In this document: positions 61,070-64,000 of the stretch, piece by piece
How positions within the stretch are numbered: the stretch's first letter is position 1
Layout of the letters: each line of letters starts with the position of its first letter
NCBI GenBank assembly: GCA_035084275.1
Contig: CM068742.1
Location: 154,132,001-154,196,000 of the forward strand
Direction: 5' to 3'
DNA: 64,000 bases
Origin: Hydrolagus colliei
Taxonomy: Eukaryota
Notes under the pieces: generated by a model
What the model saw: only the letters and a program-made list of their open reading frames with translations
Told to the model about the DNA's origin: nothing
Database searches by the model: none
Position numbers and translations under genes: made by a program

Positions 61070-61650
61070 CTATCCCAGCTCTGGGCTCATTTCTGGTAAT
61101 GAGCAAACCTTTTGTTTTCTCATGAGAACGATCCCCATCACCAGCAGAAAGAGACATTTAGCTGCGGGCATCAGACACAGCATCGTGATAATGAAACTGC
61201 CATCACTCTCCCTGTCCCCATCACTCTCTCTGTCCCCACTACTCTCCCAGTCCCCACTACTCTCCCAGTCCCGACCACTCTCCCAGTCCCCACTACTCTC
61301 CCTGTCCCCATCACTCTCCCAGTCCCCACTACTCTCCAAGTTCTCATAGCTCTCCCTGACCCATTCACTCAGTGGTCCAAGCGCGAGGATGTCTTGAGTG
61401 TCACTGCCCTGTGTGTTCTCAGCTACACAGCGATATGTTCCCCTCAGCTTCAGGCCCCAGATCTCCCCCACGGTTAGATGCGTGTCTGGTATGTGTGTGA
61501 CTGTTGTGTGTTCAGTGTTGATGGGCAGCGTGTTATTCTGGGGGTCGATCCATGTGATGGTGGCTGGTGGTTCCCCCTCAGCCGTGCACACGATGCCACC
61601 TCCGGCTCCATCACCGGCCACGATGGACAGAGTCAGGATGACGGCCGGAG
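61070..61650 (-). CDS. SIGLEC15: SIGLEC15-like copy 4, intact C2 + 8-unit stalk + Lys-TM + short tail exon; upstream exons lie beyond the window
   Basis: Acceptor ttctttatacccaaag|ct; 581 bp open (2+193x3); CTAEGEPP...YRCVAEN...(ESSGDW/ESDGDR)x8...FIITMLCLMPAAKCLFLLVMGIVLMRKQK...ELG*. Confidence 0.85.
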
Positions 61651-61765
61651 CTTTGGGTATAAAGAAACACAGAGTTATTCTGATTAAATAACTTTCACCG
61701 TCATATCCGCTGGTACTCACTTACTCACTGGTGCTCCTTGGATGGCCCCCCAACATGAAAGACAC

Positions 61766-62865
61766 TAGTGTCCGGCGATATATCGATATATCGCTAAAAC
61801 CCGATATAATTTTCATATCGATACGCCAATATAGACATTTTAAATATATCGAAAAAACTATATATCTAGGTAAAAAATCGGGATGTGAGCACACTGAACT
61901 ACAAGACCCAGAATGCTCATCTCTATACACAATGCACAGACCGAGGTGCAAAGCCGCCATATTGTATTCACAGTCCTCGAATACAATATACGGGTATGCA
62001 AGGGGTGGGGGGTGAGAGAGACGGCTGGACGGGGGGGTGGGGTTAGGGGGAGCGAGACTGCTGGGGGGGGCTGAGGGGGAGAGAGACGGCTGGAGGGAGG
62101 GGGAGAGAGACGGCTGGGGGGGAGGGGGAGATAGACTGCTGGGGAGGAGAGGGGGAGAGAGACGGCTGGGGGGAGGGGGAGAGAGACGTTTGGGGGAAGG
62201 GGGAGAGAGACGGCTGGGGGGAGGGGTGAGAGACGTCTGGGGGGAGGTGGAGAGAGACATCTGTGGGAGGGGGAGAGAGACGGCTGGGGGGGGAGAGATG
62301 GCTGTGGGGAGAGAGATGGCTGGGGGGGGGAGGAGAGGGGGAGAGAGACAGCTGGGGGGAGGGGGAGAGAGACGGCTGGGGAGAGGGCGGTGAGACAGCT
62401 GGGGGGAGAAAGACGGCTGTGGGGGGGAGAGAGACGGCTGGGGGGGGAGGGAAAGAGAGACGGCGGGGGGTGGGTGGGAGAAAGAGACGGCTGGGGGGTT
62501 GGTGGGGGAGAGAAACGACGGTGGTGGGGGGTGCGAGAGAGAGACAGCAGGGTGGGGGGGGGGGGGAAGTGACGGGGTGCATGTGATAATATACAGATAG
62601 ATAGAGATGGGGGGGATGTGAGAGAGGGAGAGAGACATAGAGACACACAGACAGAAATACACAGAGATGGAGAGAGTGAGAGACACAGAGAGAGAAAGAT
62701 ATTTACATCCTGAGAAGATAGGCCCTGCACGCGCGCGCACTCCGAATGCGCATGCCGCGCGCGCCTGCGCAGTACAAAAAACCCGAAAATATCGATATTT
62801 CGGTATATCTCGATATGAGCCCATCGATACATTTAATCAGAAGATTTCCATATTGACGGACCCTA
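61766..62865. mobile_element. Non-autonomous hAT-type DNA transposon with internal G-rich minisatellite
   Basis: Imperfect 16-bp TIR TAG(G/T)GTCCG(G/T)C(G/A)ATAT; 8-bp TSD aaagacac/aaagacat; empty site at ~43815 on the other strand; ATATCGAT-rich subtermini. Confidence 0.85.
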
Positions 62866-63608
62866 AAAGACATTATACAAATGTAATTTTGTTGTTGTTT
62901 TCTGCACTAATCCCATTGCATACTTTTCTCTTGTACATTTTCGCTTTGTTTGTAATGTTCTTCTTCAAATACTTAATAATTCCATTTTAACATCACAGAA
63001 TCTTATAGCAGGAAGAAGGCCACTCTGGCCATCATCTTTGCACTGGCTTTTTCAAAGAGCTATAATACATAATCATCCCTGTATTTACTGCTACTAATAA
63101 TGATAATTGCATTTAATATAGTGCTTTTCATGTCTTCTAGATGTCTCAAAGCGTTTCACAGAATATACTGGCAAGTGAATTGATTTTATATTTTAAACCA
63201 GTAGCTAATTTCACACAGCAGTGTCCCACAAATATTGAATGACCAAATTTTAATTTTTTTAAAAAAAAAACAGTGTTTATTGCCCCCAGAAAATTACCTG
63301 ATAATCGACTAACAACTGGGTTCAAGGCAAGTGCTCCAAGCTACAGGATGTACTGAGCTACCAACTAGTCCCACTCTTACCCAAGAGCCCTGAAAATGTT
63401 TCCTTTTTACTTATCTATCCAATTTCCCTTCAGGCAGAGCAATTACAGACTTTTAGACTCCGCTTGATACCAATGTATTGGGGGGCGAGGGGTTGGTAGG
63501 GATTAGGGGGTGATTGGGGGGGTTCAGTAAGGATAAGATTAGATCGGGTTTCTTCATTCAGACCAATCCTGTGATCTTGTGAAAACCACATTACATGTCA
63601 ATGGCAAG

Positions 63609-64000
63609 TAGGGTCCGTCGATATGGAAATTTTCCAATTTAGATATGTCGACGGGCTCATATCGAGATATACCGAAATATCGATATTTTGGGGTTTTACG
63701 TACTGCGCTTGCGCGCGCGCACATTCGGGGCCTATCTCCTCAGGAGGTAAATATCTTTCCATCACTGTGTCTCTCACGTTCACTCTCTCCATCTCTGTAT
63801 CTTTCTGTCTGTGTCTCTGTGTCGCTCTCCTCTCTCACATCTCCCCCATCTCTATCTATCTGTATATTATCACATGCACCCCATCTCTCCCCCCACCCCA
63901 CCCCCCCTGCCACCGTTCCTCTCTCCCTCCACCCCCCAGCCATCTCTCTCCCCCTACCCCCCCCAGCCGTCTCTCTCCCCCTCGCCCCCCCAGCCGTCTC
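63609..64000. mobile_element. Second copy of the hAT element, opposite orientation, cut by the window end
   Basis: Begins TAGGGTCCGTCGATAT and is the reverse complement of ~62400-62865. Confidence 0.85.

Noticed and set aside
61721-62832. Proline-rich 200-370 aa ORFs
   Set aside because: They lie within the internal G-rich minisatellite of the hAT MITE; no transposase motifs.

Overview
Vertebrate genomic DNA, most likely a cartilaginous fish (inferred from the CR1/L2 LINE content, tRNA-SINEs with L2-type tails and Penelope-type repeat ends; the species cannot be determined). 1-24 kb is a two-copy segmental duplication (1-15.1 kb vs 17.2-24.0 kb) of GA/CT-rich satellite, nested CR1/L2 insertions, foldback MITEs, hammerhead-like motifs and scattered exon-like islands of an unidentified gene. 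24.6-64 kb is a birth-and-death cluster of SIGLEC15-like Ig-superfamily receptor genes. The exon plan is leader, 27-bp mini-exon, V-set 1, V-set 2, then one exon for C2 + stalk + Lys-containing TM + short tail. Plus-strand copies meet minus-strand copies at an inversion junction near 57.1 kb. The most striking element is an in-frame 18-bp coding minisatellite (GDRESS/GDRESD) between C2 and TM. It has about 8 units in the minus-strand copy and about 400 units (roughly 7.4 kb, interrupted by a CR1) in the plus-strand copy, giving a 1,550-codon open Ser-Gly/acidic stalk. All three visible V1 exons, which carry the sialic-acid-binding Arg motif or its remnant, share the same -1/+1 frameshift pair. 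V2, which lacks the Arg, is intact in two copies. All homology calls come from recalled family sequences, not database searches; repeat boundaries are approximate.
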